DNA of 64,000 bases. Origin: a bacterium. Its GTDB lineage: Bacteria; Patescibacteriota; Patescibacteriia; SBBB01. Made by a program: the position numbers and the translations under genes. The number at the start of each line of letters is the position of its first letter. Position 1 is the stretch's first letter. Under the pieces are notes generated by a model. It worked only from the letters and a program-made list of their open reading frames with translations, ran no database searches and was not told where the DNA came from. Positions 18,214 through 27,367 of the stretch are shown in pieces. The stretch covers positions 98,170-162,169 of the forward strand of contig SBBB01000025.1 in assembly GCA_005239895.1 (NCBI GenBank). Reading direction: 5' to 3'.

Positions 18214-18690
18214 TCAAAACATTTTAGCTTTTTCAATATACAAATGACCGTTCAAATGGTCAATTTCGTGTTGTAAAATTTGAGCTTGTAAATCTTTAGC
18301 TTTAATTTGAACGACATTACCATTTCTATCTAGGGCCTTTACCCTAACTTTTTTAGCTCTTTCTATAACCCCCCATTTTTTAGGCACACTCAAACAACCC
18401 TCTTCTAAATTAACTTTTTCTTTAGAAATAAAAGTAATAACGGGATTAATAAGAGCAGTGGCATTTTTGCGAATATCAGCTGTTTCGCGATCCTTAGCTG
18501 TAATAATCAAACGAATGCTTCTACCTATTTGAGGAGCAGCTAAACCAACCCCATGATATTTAATCATGGAATCAATCATATCTTCAATTAATTGTTGAAA
18601 TTTAGAATTTTTAATTTCAGATAAATCAACATCCTGGGCTGAGGTATGCAGCACAGCGTTATAATCAACTACCAATGGTAATATAGACAT
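18214..18690 (-). CDS. def: Peptide deformylase
   Basis: GVGLAAPQIG, EGCLSVP and HEIDHLNG motifs. Confidence 0.9.
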   Translation of the reverse strand: MSILPLVVDYNAVLHTSAQDVDLSEIKNSKFQQLIEDMIDSMIKYHGVGLAAPQIGRSIRLIITAKDRETADIRKNATALINPVITFISKEKVNLEEGCLSVPKKWGVIERAKKVRVKALDRNGNVVQIKAKDLQAQILQHEIDHLNGHLYIEKAKMF

Positions 18691-18701
18691 ATAAGATTAT
18701 A

Positions 18702-20678
18702 TTATACAGGATTAACATCAATTGTCCATTTGTCTGGTATGATTTGCATAATTTTATTTTTAAGGTCTAAATTAATATTCACTGCTAATTTTAATAAAAT
18801 CTCAAACTGATACTGCTTTTTAATTTTAGACCTAAAAGCTAAATGAGGTGGAGAAACTTTCATTAAATCAGATTCAAGTGTAACTAGCTTGGAATACAAA
18901 TCATTGGCTTCTTTTTTAATCACAGATTGATCTTTGTGTTTATACCCTAATTTTACTAAATTAAAAAACGGAAGATAGTTAAAATCCTGACGTTCTTGAA
19001 TCTCATTTTTATAAAATTGATCATAATTGCCTTTTAGGGATAATTGTAAAATCGGTCTTTGGGGTTGATAGGTTTGAACTATAAATTGATCTTGGGCTAA
19101 ATTTTTTAAAATATTAACTAAATAATATATTTTTTCATTACACCTGAAATCCGGAGAACTCCAAATTAAATCCATATTTAACATCGCCACCAAAGATACT
19201 TGAAATTTGGACTGCAAAAAACATAACTTTAAAATGGCTTGAGTAGACACAATAATATCCACTGCTTCATAATCAGCTGTTGTAAAATCAGTTTTTCTAT
19301 CCATGTTTAAAATTTTTACTTTGGGAAAATATGTTTTTAAAATATGGGTAATACGTTTGGTTCCTATACCAAAAAAACGTAAATTTACACCCGAACACTT
19401 AGGGCAAGCCAATGGAATATCAGTATCGTAATTACAATAATTACAAATTAATTTACCGCCTTTTAAAGACATGCCCTGTACCAAGGCCTGATCTTCGGAA
19501 GTGTTTAGTTTAGACGTTTTGTTTTGTAAACGTAAAGATACACTACAATTAGGACAAATAAAAATATAAAAACAGTCTGCGCAGCGAACTAAAGTGTAAA
19601 AACTACTGTTATCTAAATATAAAATGATTTTTTGGTGCTTGTCTAAAGCTTTCGCTATAATAGTTTTTAATTTTTTACTAATCAAAGTATAATTTCCATA
19701 TTCTTGTTCCTTAGCTAAAGATATAATTTCCGTAGAAAGTTTTGTTGGTTTATTTTTATCAAGCTCTAAATAACCATACTTTGCTTGGCTGCAAAAATAA
19801 TAAGATCGCACGGACAATATGTTACTTAATAATAAAATTTTAATGGATTGAGATTCACTCAAATACAAAGCAACATCTTCAGCGTTATATTTAGGATATT
19901 GATCCCAAGATTTATAAGAACTACTCCCCTCTTGATCTATAACAATTAAACCTAATTTATTAAATCTAGTAAAAACAGAGCTACGCGTGCCAATAATTAT
20001 TTTTACAGATCCATTGTAAATATCGTTTAAACGTATTTGTAATTCCGAAGGTTTAATATCTGAATGTAATATAGTCACTAAACTTTCTCCAAAAACTTTA
20101 CGATAATATTGATAATATTGCTGAGATGCAAAGATTTCAGGAACCAAAAATAATATTTGTTCGTTCTTTAAAATATGGGTTTTAAAAATACCAGACAAAT
20201 CACACAATTCAGGTTGATATTGAACTACGACTATGTTTTTCTTTTTAAAAACGGATAAAATTTTATTTTGAATAGGATTTAAATTAATAGTATCAAAATT
20301 AATACTAGAAAACACTAAGTCGTTCTGCTGTTTTTTGTTTGGGGATTTAAAATTTTTAGATACATACCTTGGTAGTATAGTTTGTAAACCATGACTAACA
20401 GAAGATCCAAAATATTGACTAAACCAATATAAAAAATCAATCCATGGTTGATCAAAATAATGCGAGTCTATAATTCGAGATATAAATTTTAATTTTATAG
20501 GGCTAGGATTCTGGGAAGTAGATATTACTAACCCCAATATGTTGCGAGATCTAAAAGGAATAACAACTAAACTGCCAACAAAAATCTGGTCAGTTAAGGT
20601 GTCGGGAATAGAGTAACTAAAAGATTGCCTTTTAGATCGTGGTAGTGTTACAGCTGGTATAATATCAGCGCTAAACAT
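18702..20678 (-). CDS. priA: Primosomal protein N' (PriA) homologue; the P-loop looks degenerate by my visual alignment
   Basis: N-terminal 3' DNA-binding region, helicase motifs LVPEIFASQQY, IIGTRSSVF and IVIDQEGSSSYK, and a Cys-rich insertion CADCFYIFICPNCS...CNYCNYD...CPKC. The position aligned to GxGKT reads YQPELCD. Confidence 0.8.
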   Translation of the reverse strand: MFSADIIPAVTLPRSKRQSFSYSIPDTLTDQIFVGSLVVIPFRSRNILGLVISTSQNPSPIKLKFISRIIDSHYFDQPWIDFLYWFSQYFGSSVSHGLQTILPRYVSKNFKSPNKKQQNDLVFSSINFDTINLNPIQNKILSVFKKKNIVVVQYQPELCDLSGIFKTHILKNEQILFLVPEIFASQQYYQYYRKVFGESLVTILHSDIKPSELQIRLNDIYNGSVKIIIGTRSSVFTRFNKLGLIVIDQEGSSSYKSWDQYPKYNAEDVALYLSESQSIKILLLSNILSVRSYYFCSQAKYGYLELDKNKPTKLSTEIISLAKEQEYGNYTLISKKLKTIIAKALDKHQKIILYLDNSSFYTLVRCADCFYIFICPNCSVSLRLQNKTSKLNTSEDQALVQGMSLKGGKLICNYCNYDTDIPLACPKCSGVNLRFFGIGTKRITHILKTYFPKVKILNMDRKTDFTTADYEAVDIIVSTQAILKLCFLQSKFQVSLVAMLNMDLIWSSPDFRCNEKIYYLVNILKNLAQDQFIVQTYQPQRPILQLSLKGNYDQFYKNEIQERQDFNYLPFFNLVKLGYKHKDQSVIKKEANDLYSKLVTLESDLMKVSPPHLAFRSKIKKQYQFEILLKLAVNINLDLKNKIMQIIPDKWTIDVNPV

Positions 20679-20706
20679 AGAGTGTGCTTATGCATTCTGT
20701 GGAATG

Positions 20707-21705
20707 CTATAAAACCCCTAAATATTTATAAGCTAAATCTGTGGCAATTCTACCCTTGGGCGTACGATGCAGAAAACCAAGTTGCAATAAAAATGGCTCA
20801 TAAATGTCTTCAACAGTTGCCATTTCTTCCGATATAGCAGCTGAAATAGTATTTAAACCAACTGGACCACCCTTAAATTTTTTAATAATAGTTTCTAAAA
20901 TTAGTCTGTCCGTAGCATCTAGCCCATATTGATCAATCTCTAAGAGGGTGAGGGCGTCTCTGGTAATATCGGGTGAAATCTGACCATCAACTTTTACTGT
21001 AACATAATCTCGAACTCGTTTTAATAAACGATTAGCTATACGCGGAGTTTTTCTAGATCTTTTAGCAATTTCCTCAGCTGACTCCGTGTCAATATTTACA
21101 TTTAATATCTTGGCTGAGTGTTTAATAATATCCACCAATTCAAATAATTCATAAAAATTAAAATGATAAGTTACGCCAAATCTGTCACGTAAAGGCGCGC
21201 CCAATAAACTAATTTTAGTGGTCGCGCCAATAATTGTAAAATGAGGTAAATCCAATCTTAAAATTTTCGCGCCCGGACCTTTTCCAATAACTAAATCCAA
21301 AGCAAAATCTTCTAAAGCTGGATACAATATTTCTTCGGTAGTTTTAGGAAGACGGTGTATTTCATCAATAAATAAAATATCCTTATCTTGCAAATTAGTT
21401 AAAATCGCAGCTAAATCACCAGCCCTTTCTAACGCTGGACCAGAAGTAATTTTAATGTTTACACCCAATTCGTGAGCTAAAATATACGCTAGAGTTGTTT
21501 TGCCTAAACCTGGTGGACCATAAAATAAAACATGCTCTAAAGATTCTTTGCGAACCTTGGCAGCTTGCATTAAAATATCCAGCTGATTTTTAATTCTAGT
21601 TTGACCAACATAATCCGCCAAAGTTAAAGGACGCAAGGTTAAATCTAAGACCTGATCATCGCTATTGTTTTTAAGTTTTGACTCAATTAATCTATCAACT
21701 ATCAT
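20707..21705 (-). CDS. ruvB: Holliday junction branch migration helicase RuvB
   Basis: [24 protein letters not shown] and the full-length RuvB pattern. Confidence 0.95.
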   Translation of the reverse strand: MIVDRLIESKLKNNSDDQVLDLTLRPLTLADYVGQTRIKNQLDILMQAAKVRKESLEHVLFYGPPGLGKTTLAYILAHELGVNIKITSGPALERAGDLAAILTNLQDKDILFIDEIHRLPKTTEEILYPALEDFALDLVIGKGPGAKILRLDLPHFTIIGATTKISLLGAPLRDRFGVTYHFNFYELFELVDIIKHSAKILNVNIDTESAEEIAKRSRKTPRIANRLLKRVRDYVTVKVDGQISPDITRDALTLLEIDQYGLDATDRLILETIIKKFKGGPVGLNTISAAISEEMATVEDIYEPFLLQLGFLHRTPKGRIATDLAYKYLGVL

Positions 21706-21768
21706 AAAAAAATAATATTAATTATATTTATGTATTATAAATGATTTTAAGACATAATAGCAACTTAT

Positions 21769-21797
21769 ATGTTTGGTGGTTCGACCGCCAAACATTG
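21769..21797. repeat. Hairpin-B palindrome ATGTTTGGTGGTTCGACCGCCAAACAT
   Basis: Identical to the copies at 7689 and 8641. Confidence 0.5.
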
Positions 21798-21861
21798 AAC
21801 CTTAAAAAGTGCACCCCTTTTCTGTTTTATTAAAAAAGATTATGATATAAATGTTAAATTA

Positions 21862-21948
21862 GCCGAAGTGGTGAAATTGGTATACACGCTAGGTTTAGGG
21901 CCTAGTGCTTTTATCGGCATGGGGGTTCGAGTCCCCCCTTCGGCACCA
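21862..21948 (+). tRNA. tRNA-Leu (anticodon TAG), long variable arm, CCA encoded
   Basis: GCCGAAGTGGTGAAATTGGTA...CTAGGTTTAGGGCCTAG...GGGGGTTCGAGTCCCCCCTTCGGCACCA; 87 nt. Confidence 0.85.
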
Positions 21949-22117
21949 AATTTTGCTTCTTTAATAACTACGCAAAATTAAGATGACGATGAAGATGAAG
22001 AAGCTAGATATTAGATGATATATTGCAAAACAAAATTTTCCCTCATCTTCACCCTCATCCTTTAAAATACTAATTACTTACACTAATTATAAAAAATAAT
22101 AATTCTTAAAAAAAATC

Positions 22118-22167
22118 AATGTTTGGGAGTTGAACTCCCAAACATTGATTACTCCCAAACATTGATT
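22118..22167. repeat. Hairpin-B variant CAATGTTTGGGAGTTGAACTCCCAAACATTG plus a partial duplication ACTCCCAAACATTGATT
   Basis: Outer stem conserved. The inner stem GGGAG/CTCCC co-varies relative to GGTGG/CCGCC in other copies. Confidence 0.5.
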
Positions 22168-22214
22168 AAATTAAAAAGTTTAGTTTTCAATGCATTTTGA
22201 TAGATAAAAAATAA

Positions 22215-22281
22215 AATGTTAGAAGCCTATTTCTAACATTTTAGTAGGCTCTATGTTTAGTACTCCGAATACTAAACAGTA
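22215..22281. repeat. Two further palindromic hairpins (AAAATGTTAGAA-GCCTAT-TTCTAACATTTT; TGTTTAGTA-CTCCGAA-TACTAAACA)
   Basis: Perfect 12-bp and 9-bp arms, related in sequence to the AATGTT(T)AG hairpin family. Confidence 0.45.
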
Positions 22282-22373
22282 GTAGCCTTTTCTCGTAAAA
22301 CTTTATACTGCTCTTCAGTTAAAGACTTTTTCCACTCCTCCTCACTTTTTAAAAATATTTTTTCGCTATCCAT
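22272..22373 (-). pseudogene. msrB: msrB (peptide methionine sulfoxide reductase B) N-terminal remnant, truncated after 33 codons
   Basis: Minus-strand ORF MDSEKIFLKSEEEWKKSLTEEQYKVLREKATTV* matches the conserved MsrB N-terminus (EEWKK.LTPEQY.VLREKGTE). The stop lies inside the hairpin at 22255-22281 and no continuation exists in any frame. Confidence 0.55.
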
Positions 22374-22388
22374 ACGCAGATTATTTTT

Positions 22389-22814
22389 TTACTCGCTCAA
22401 CCCAAGCATTTGATTAAGGGGTTTGATGATATAACGCCACGCAACACCATAAGCTAACGCCGATAATGGCAAAGTTATATACTGGATTGGCCCAGAAAGA
22501 AGAAAAACTTCGGTTGGAATATGCAAGACAAAGTTTCCATATAAGGACAAGATCAATCCTGTAATCAAGCCAGTTACCCATAATCTACTATTTTGGTTTT
22601 TTATTGGAATGCGTTTCTCGTTGAGAATGTATAAAATATTTATCAGACCAAGAATAATTGGAATGATCGTGGCGAGGTATCCAAAAATAAAACCACTTCC
22701 AGTCTTTAAAATCAAAAGAAAGCTATTATAATAAAAGATAAGAAAAACAACAACTGGAAAAGCTGAACCAGCCACAAAAGCTTTTGCATATTTATTTTCT
22801 ACTATTTTATTCAT
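22389..22814 (-). CDS. Small polytopic membrane protein (4 TM)
   Basis: 141-aa hydrophobic ORF overlapping the upstream gene's stop by 8 nt. Confidence 0.45.
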   Translation of the reverse strand: MNKIVENKYAKAFVAGSAFPVVVFLIFYYNSFLLILKTGSGFIFGYLATIIPIILGLINILYILNEKRIPIKNQNSRLWVTGLITGLILSLYGNFVLHIPTEVFLLSGPIQYITLPLSALAYGVAWRYIIKPLNQMLGLSE

Positions 22815-24441
22815 AAATAAAGACTTTTGAATTTATTTTAACACTATCTAGCGTCTTTGTTGTCCCAGAAGACCAAATCACTTTAAGAGATTTGATTTTT
22901 GTATCGCCTCCTAAACCAAAAAATAAATCTGGGCTTTGATCAGTAACTAATCCAGTACTGGTTACAAATTGCTTTGTTAATTCAGAGCCGTCCATTTTTT
23001 GAACAACAACCCTGGCTCCAATTGAACTAGGAATATCTTTTAAAGATACGGTTAAGTAATTGCTAACCCCGCCATTATTTATAAATGCACGCAGAGGACC
23101 GTTAAGATTGACGTAAACCATGTCAGGATAACCATCTTGATTAAAATCTGCGACCAAAGGCGATTGACCTAAGTATCTGTTAGTTAAACCAGATATATCT
23201 TCGGTCGAAACAAATTGGCCATTATTTTTTTGCACAAAAAATTTTCCAGGGGCTCTAAAAAATTTAAACTTATGAGTAGGCCACTGAATATAATTTTCCG
23301 CTACAATTAAATCTTGTCGTCCGTCTAAATTAAAATCTTCCAAAAGAGATCCCCAGGCAAACTGATTTTTCTTTAAGCCACTTTGATTGGTTATGTCGGT
23401 AAAAGTAAAGTTTCCCTCATTTCTTAAAAGAGCCCACTGAACAGTGACCTTTTGATCGTCCCGAAGGTCTCCCTTGAAAAGTATTTCCGAGATTTTATTT
23501 CCCACATTACTAATGGGCAAAGTGTTTCCGACATTAGTAAAAAACAAATCAATATCAGCGTCGTTATCAATATCGCCAATTCCCAACCCCATCCAAGACC
23601 CATAATCAGTAGGAGAAGGCATTTCCTTAAATGTAGAATTACCAAGGTTTTTATATATTTTTACACGATGTGTGTCGGTAGATACCACTAAATCAATCCA
23701 ACTATCATAATCAAGATCAACAAAAACCGATAAAAAAGTGTTTTTCTTAAACTGTAATCCAGAGCTTTGGGTGATATCTTTAAAAGTATTGTCACCGTTA
23801 TTGAGTAGCATTACATTTGATCTTTCATTGCTGGGATCATTGAACTTAAGGGTTTTAAAATTAGCAAGATTAGCAAAAACGCTTATGTAAAGATCCACAA
23901 AGCCATCTTTATTAATATCGCCAGCGGCAATGGCTATGGGGATGGTATTTTCTTCAAAATCTACTGTAATTTTTCTTTCAGAAAAAACACCATTGTTATT
24001 GATGTATAAATAAATACCTGAATCTCGAGCTACGAACAGGTCAATTTGATTGTCATTATTAACATCGATTGAAACCGCCCCGTAAGTTCCTTCTTTTGTT
24101 TTAGAAATCTTGGCGCTTTCAATAATATTTTTAAAATTACCATTTTTATATACAAAAAGTGCATCAGGTTGGCTTGCTCCACCACCAACAAACACCTCTT
24201 GAACCCCATCATTATCTATATCAATAATTGCACCCCCAGCAAAAGCATGCCCAGGTTTATTATATTGATGAGCAAAATCTATAGGAATTTCACGAAAAGT
24301 TGGAATAAACGACTCTTTTTCAGATTTAAACAATTGCTCCCTGTTATATCTATCCAAAAACGGATAGACAAAAAACACAACAATGCCTATAAAAAAAATA
24401 AATAAAAATATTTTTTTCTTATGACTCATCTTGCTCGTCAT
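22807..24441 (-). CDS. FG-GAP/VCBS repeat protein (CRTAC1/ASPIC-UnbV-like), N-terminal membrane anchor
   Basis: Repeated DIDNDGxQE.FVGG, DVNNDNQIDLFVA, DINKDGFVDLYIS and DIDNDADIDLFFTN FG-GAP-type Ca-binding repeats. Confidence 0.7.
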   Translation of the reverse strand: MTSKMSHKKKIFLFIFFIGIVVFFVYPFLDRYNREQLFKSEKESFIPTFREIPIDFAHQYNKPGHAFAGGAIIDIDNDGVQEVFVGGGASQPDALFVYKNGNFKNIIESAKISKTKEGTYGAVSIDVNNDNQIDLFVARDSGIYLYINNNGVFSERKITVDFEENTIPIAIAAGDINKDGFVDLYISVFANLANFKTLKFNDPSNERSNVMLLNNGDNTFKDITQSSGLQFKKNTFLSVFVDLDYDSWIDLVVSTDTHRVKIYKNLGNSTFKEMPSPTDYGSWMGLGIGDIDNDADIDLFFTNVGNTLPISNVGNKISEILFKGDLRDDQKVTVQWALLRNEGNFTFTDITNQSGLKKNQFAWGSLLEDFNLDGRQDLIVAENYIQWPTHKFKFFRAPGKFFVQKNNGQFVSTEDISGLTNRYLGQSPLVADFNQDGYPDMVYVNLNGPLRAFINNGGVSNYLTVSLKDIPSSIGARVVVQKMDGSELTKQFVTSTGLVTDQSPDLFFGLGGDTKIKSLKVIWSSGTTKTLDSVKINSKVFIYE

Positions 24442-24460
24442 ATGTGCTAAAAAATATTAT

Positions 24461-25177
24461 TTAATTTTTTGTTATAGTTCCTTCAAGAACATGGTCAGCA
24501 GGACTGGAATTATTATCATCAGGCTCTAAAGTTAAAACATAAAAACTATGACCAACTAAATTAGTTTTTGAAGAGTATTCATTTGTATAAACACCGTTAA
24601 CTTTTTTTGCTTTTCCAGTACTTATAACACTGAAATACAAACCTTTTCGTACTAACCAACCTTCGTAAAAATCACTTCCCTTGGGATCTGGCAATCCATT
24701 AAATGTTGCCTTGAGATTATAAATATCATCCTTGAAATTAGACTGAACAATGCCAGAACTATTATCTTCAAATTTAACACCAAGAATGGTTTTACCATTA
24801 GCAACATTTTTTAATTGACCAGAGTATTGATAAGTCATTGCTTCGATTTGATTTTTGTGCTCCATCGTCGCTCCAGCTTCCTTGTTGTCTACAGCTTCAA
24901 CTCCAGAAGTTTTTTCCATCATAGTTTCTTCCTTCTTTTCCATGACTGCACCATCTTTGTTCATCACCTCTTCTGGTGTTGCAACTGTCTCTTTCTTTTC
25001 CATCATTGCTTCGTCCTTTTTTATAACACCGTGATCTACTGAGGGCTTTCTCATAACAAAATATAAAGTTACTCCCCCTATCAAGACCAAAACTATAATA
25101 GCGATACTAATGGGCATCGCGAAGCCCTGCATCGTCTGGTTCTGGGCAAAACCTTTTTGTGAATTATTGCTTGTCAT
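24461..25177 (-). CDS. Membrane-anchored protein with Met/Glu/Lys-rich repeats and a C-terminal beta-rich domain
   Basis: TM helix AMPISIAIIVLVLIGGVTLYFV, then repeats VMEKKEETMMEKTSG. Confidence 0.5.
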   Translation of the reverse strand: MTSNNSQKGFAQNQTMQGFAMPISIAIIVLVLIGGVTLYFVMRKPSVDHGVIKKDEAMMEKKETVATPEEVMNKDGAVMEKKEETMMEKTSGVEAVDNKEAGATMEHKNQIEAMTYQYSGQLKNVANGKTILGVKFEDNSSGIVQSNFKDDIYNLKATFNGLPDPKGSDFYEGWLVRKGLYFSVISTGKAKKVNGVYTNEYSSKTNLVGHSFYVLTLEPDDNNSSPADHVLEGTITKN

Positions 25178-25491
25178 AAGTTTTTAATAAACATTAATTT
25201 AATTCAATTAATACTTTAAGTATAACCTAAAACATAAGTCACGTAAACTATACTTTACATCTAATTTGGGGATAACTTCTAACTTTATCCTACGGATGTG
25301 CGATCTAACAAAGGTTTTTGTTTATCGCCTAGATGGCACACTACCAAGTGCAATACATCCGTGGTAGTCTTGATCCCGTTAGAGGTTATTAAGAAGTATT
25401 TTGACTGGTTTAAACTAAATTATGATTAAAACGATATTTTATCATTTAGTGGTGCATTATGATTAGACTTCTGCCCGAAACCCCCACGATC

Positions 25492-25520
25492 TTGACAAAA
25501 GTTCAATAACATGCTATAAT
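25492..25520 (+). promoter_or_regulatory. Consensus sigma70 promoter TTGACA-17 bp-TATAAT
   Basis: Exact TTGACA (25492-25497) and TATAAT (25515-25520) with a 17-nt spacer, then a 5'-UTR hairpin AACCTTA-TAATCAG-TAAGGTT and SD GGAAAGGAG. Confidence 0.6.
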
Positions 25521-25566
25521 GCAACCTTATAATCAGTAAGGTTATAACAATAACGGAAAGGAGCAC

Positions 25567-25725
25567 ATGGACAGCGCAAAAACCAAAAACAAACAATTCA
25601 CCCTCCTCACTATGGAGAATATTTCGATTTTTAATGTTGATGGATGTCAAAAAACCAAACTGACAGGAAAGGAGCGAGAAGAGCTGCTTCTCAGACTTGA
25701 GCAAGGCGGCTGCTTGCCTGTTTAG
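25567..25725 (+). CDS. Unannotated small protein (52 aa): MDSAKTKNKQFTLLTMENISIFNVDGCQKTKLTGKEREELLLRLEQGGCLPV
   Basis: ATG 7 nt after SD GGAAAGGAG, preceded by a perfect promoter and followed by hairpin 25741-25775. Below the 60-aa cutoff of the ORF track. Local GC is higher than the surroundings. Confidence 0.5.
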   Translation: MDSAKTKNKQFTLLTMENISIFNVDGCQKTKLTGKEREELLLRLEQGGCLPV

Positions 25726-25740
25726 TTTCACAAACACACA

Positions 25741-25775
25741 TTAAAGCATTTATATTTACACCCGCCAGGATATTG
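25741..25775 (+). terminator. Hairpin CACCCGCCAGG-N13-CCTGGCGGGAT downstream of the small ORF
   Basis: 9-bp GC stem. The downstream T-tract is weak (ATCACTATGTATTTAAAAAAATTATTTTT). Confidence 0.4.
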
Positions 25776-25860
25776 TTCAACACCTGGCGGGATCACTATG
25801 TATTTAAAAAAATTATTTTTACCACCAATTCTTTGAAATCTAGCGTAATGTTTGAATATC

Positions 25861-25891
25861 TAATGTTTGGAGATCGGATCTCCAAACATTA
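25861..25891. repeat. Hairpin-B variant TAATGTTTGGAGATCGGATCTCCAAACATTA (plus a partial copy TAATGTTTG at 25846)
   Basis: Conserved outer stem; inner stem GGAGATC/GATCTCC co-varies. Confidence 0.5.
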
Positions 25892-25931
25892 AAATTTAAA
25901 ATATTTACTATTTTAACCATTAAAATAAAAA

Positions 25932-27305
25932 TTATTTGCTCATGGATATAACTTTTAATTGGCAAAGTTCTCTGAATCCAACTATACCATGCTCTCTACC
26001 CATACCAGATTTTTTGTATCCCCCAAAAGGATTAACTGGCAACCAACGATTGGCCTGATTAATCTCAACAGTTCCAGCTTCAATTTTTAATGCCACTCGT
26101 TTAGCGCGCTCTATATCCTTAGAAATAATTCTACTCCCAAGACCATAAATTGTATCATTGGCTAATTTAATTGCTTCTTCTTCGGTTTTAAATGTTACTA
26201 CTGGTAAAACTGGCCCAAAAACTTCTTCTTTCCAAACGCGCATATCTTTGGTGATATTTGTCAAAATCGTTGGTTCAAAAAAAGCTCCTTTTAAATTTTG
26301 GGGTGTTTTTCCACCTATAATCAATTTTGCTCCCTTAACTAAAGCATCTTTCAATTGTTGCTGTAATAAAATTAGTTGTCTTTTTGCTACTAAACTACCA
26401 AGGTCTGTATTTTTATTAAGCGGATCACCGATCTTTTTAGTTTTAACTAATTTTGTTAATTCTAAAATTACTCTTTCAAAAACTGATTCATGCACAATTA
26501 ATCTTTTTAACGCATCGCAAGATTGTCCACAATTTTGAAACCTGTCATTATAAATAATTTGTATCGCGCTGGGAATATTTACATCTTCAAAAACTATACA
26601 AGGATTTGATCCTCCCATTTCAAAAATTACTTTTATAAATTTTTTAGCCGCAGTTTGATAAAGTAATTGCCCTACTTTACTGCTTCCTGTAAACCAAATA
26701 AAATTAATATCACTCTGTGCAAGTTTTTCTCCTATGTCTCCACCTCCATAAATTTCTGAAAATACACCATTTGGTAAATCGTGATTTTTTAACATTTTTT
26801 CAATAAATTTTCCAACTAAGGGGCATTCTTCAGAAATCTTAAAAACAACAGTATTACCAACTATTAAGTTGGGTATAATACCCCAGACAGCCATCCCAAA
26901 AGGATAATTCCAAGGAGTAATCACTGCTGTTAATCCAAATGGTTCATAAATAATTTTATGAACTGAATTATCGTCTTCGTGGGTAATCTCGTCCTTTAAG
27001 GCCTGTTCACCATTGTCCATAAACCACTTAAATTTTTTAAGACCAGAATTTACCTCAGCCAAAGATCCCATAATAGGTTTACCTATTTCTAGAGAAATAA
27101 GTTTCGCAATTTCATCAGACCTATTTTGAAATTCAGTATAAATAGGTTTTAATAATTTAATTCTCTTTTTAATACCAAGTTCTTTCCAGGGTGTTTTAGC
27201 TTTGTGAGCTAAATCAACTTTTTCTTTAATTTCTTGATCTGTAGATATTTCCACTTCACCAATAGCCTCATAGTTTCGGGCTGGATTTGTTGAAATTAAT
27301 TTCAT
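25932..27305 (-). CDS. NAD(P)-dependent aldehyde dehydrogenase
   Basis: FTGSSKVGQ, catalytic Cys region NCGQSCDA, and EEVFGPV Glu motif. Confidence 0.9.
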   Translation of the reverse strand: MKLISTNPARNYEAIGEVEISTDQEIKEKVDLAHKAKTPWKELGIKKRIKLLKPIYTEFQNRSDEIAKLISLEIGKPIMGSLAEVNSGLKKFKWFMDNGEQALKDEITHEDDNSVHKIIYEPFGLTAVITPWNYPFGMAVWGIIPNLIVGNTVVFKISEECPLVGKFIEKMLKNHDLPNGVFSEIYGGGDIGEKLAQSDINFIWFTGSSKVGQLLYQTAAKKFIKVIFEMGGSNPCIVFEDVNIPSAIQIIYNDRFQNCGQSCDALKRLIVHESVFERVILELTKLVKTKKIGDPLNKNTDLGSLVAKRQLILLQQQLKDALVKGAKLIIGGKTPQNLKGAFFEPTILTNITKDMRVWKEEVFGPVLPVVTFKTEEEAIKLANDTIYGLGSRIISKDIERAKRVALKIEAGTVEINQANRWLPVNPFGGYKKSGMGREHGIVGFRELCQLKVISMSK

Positions 27306-27367
27306 AATAATATTTAATAATTATATTATTATAATTATATACTATTACTAAAATAAAAAATAGTATC

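Noticed and set aside
23424-24405. Short ORFs on both strands inside the FG-GAP gene (23424..23645, 23452..23691, 24030..24212, 24169..24405)
   Set aside because: They are nested in or antisense to a long ORF with clear repeated FG-GAP motifs.
25426-25737. - strand ORF (103 aa)
   Set aside because: It overlaps the + strand small gene, which has a perfect promoter/SD arrangement. The minus ORF has no start context and a hydrophobic low-complexity sequence.
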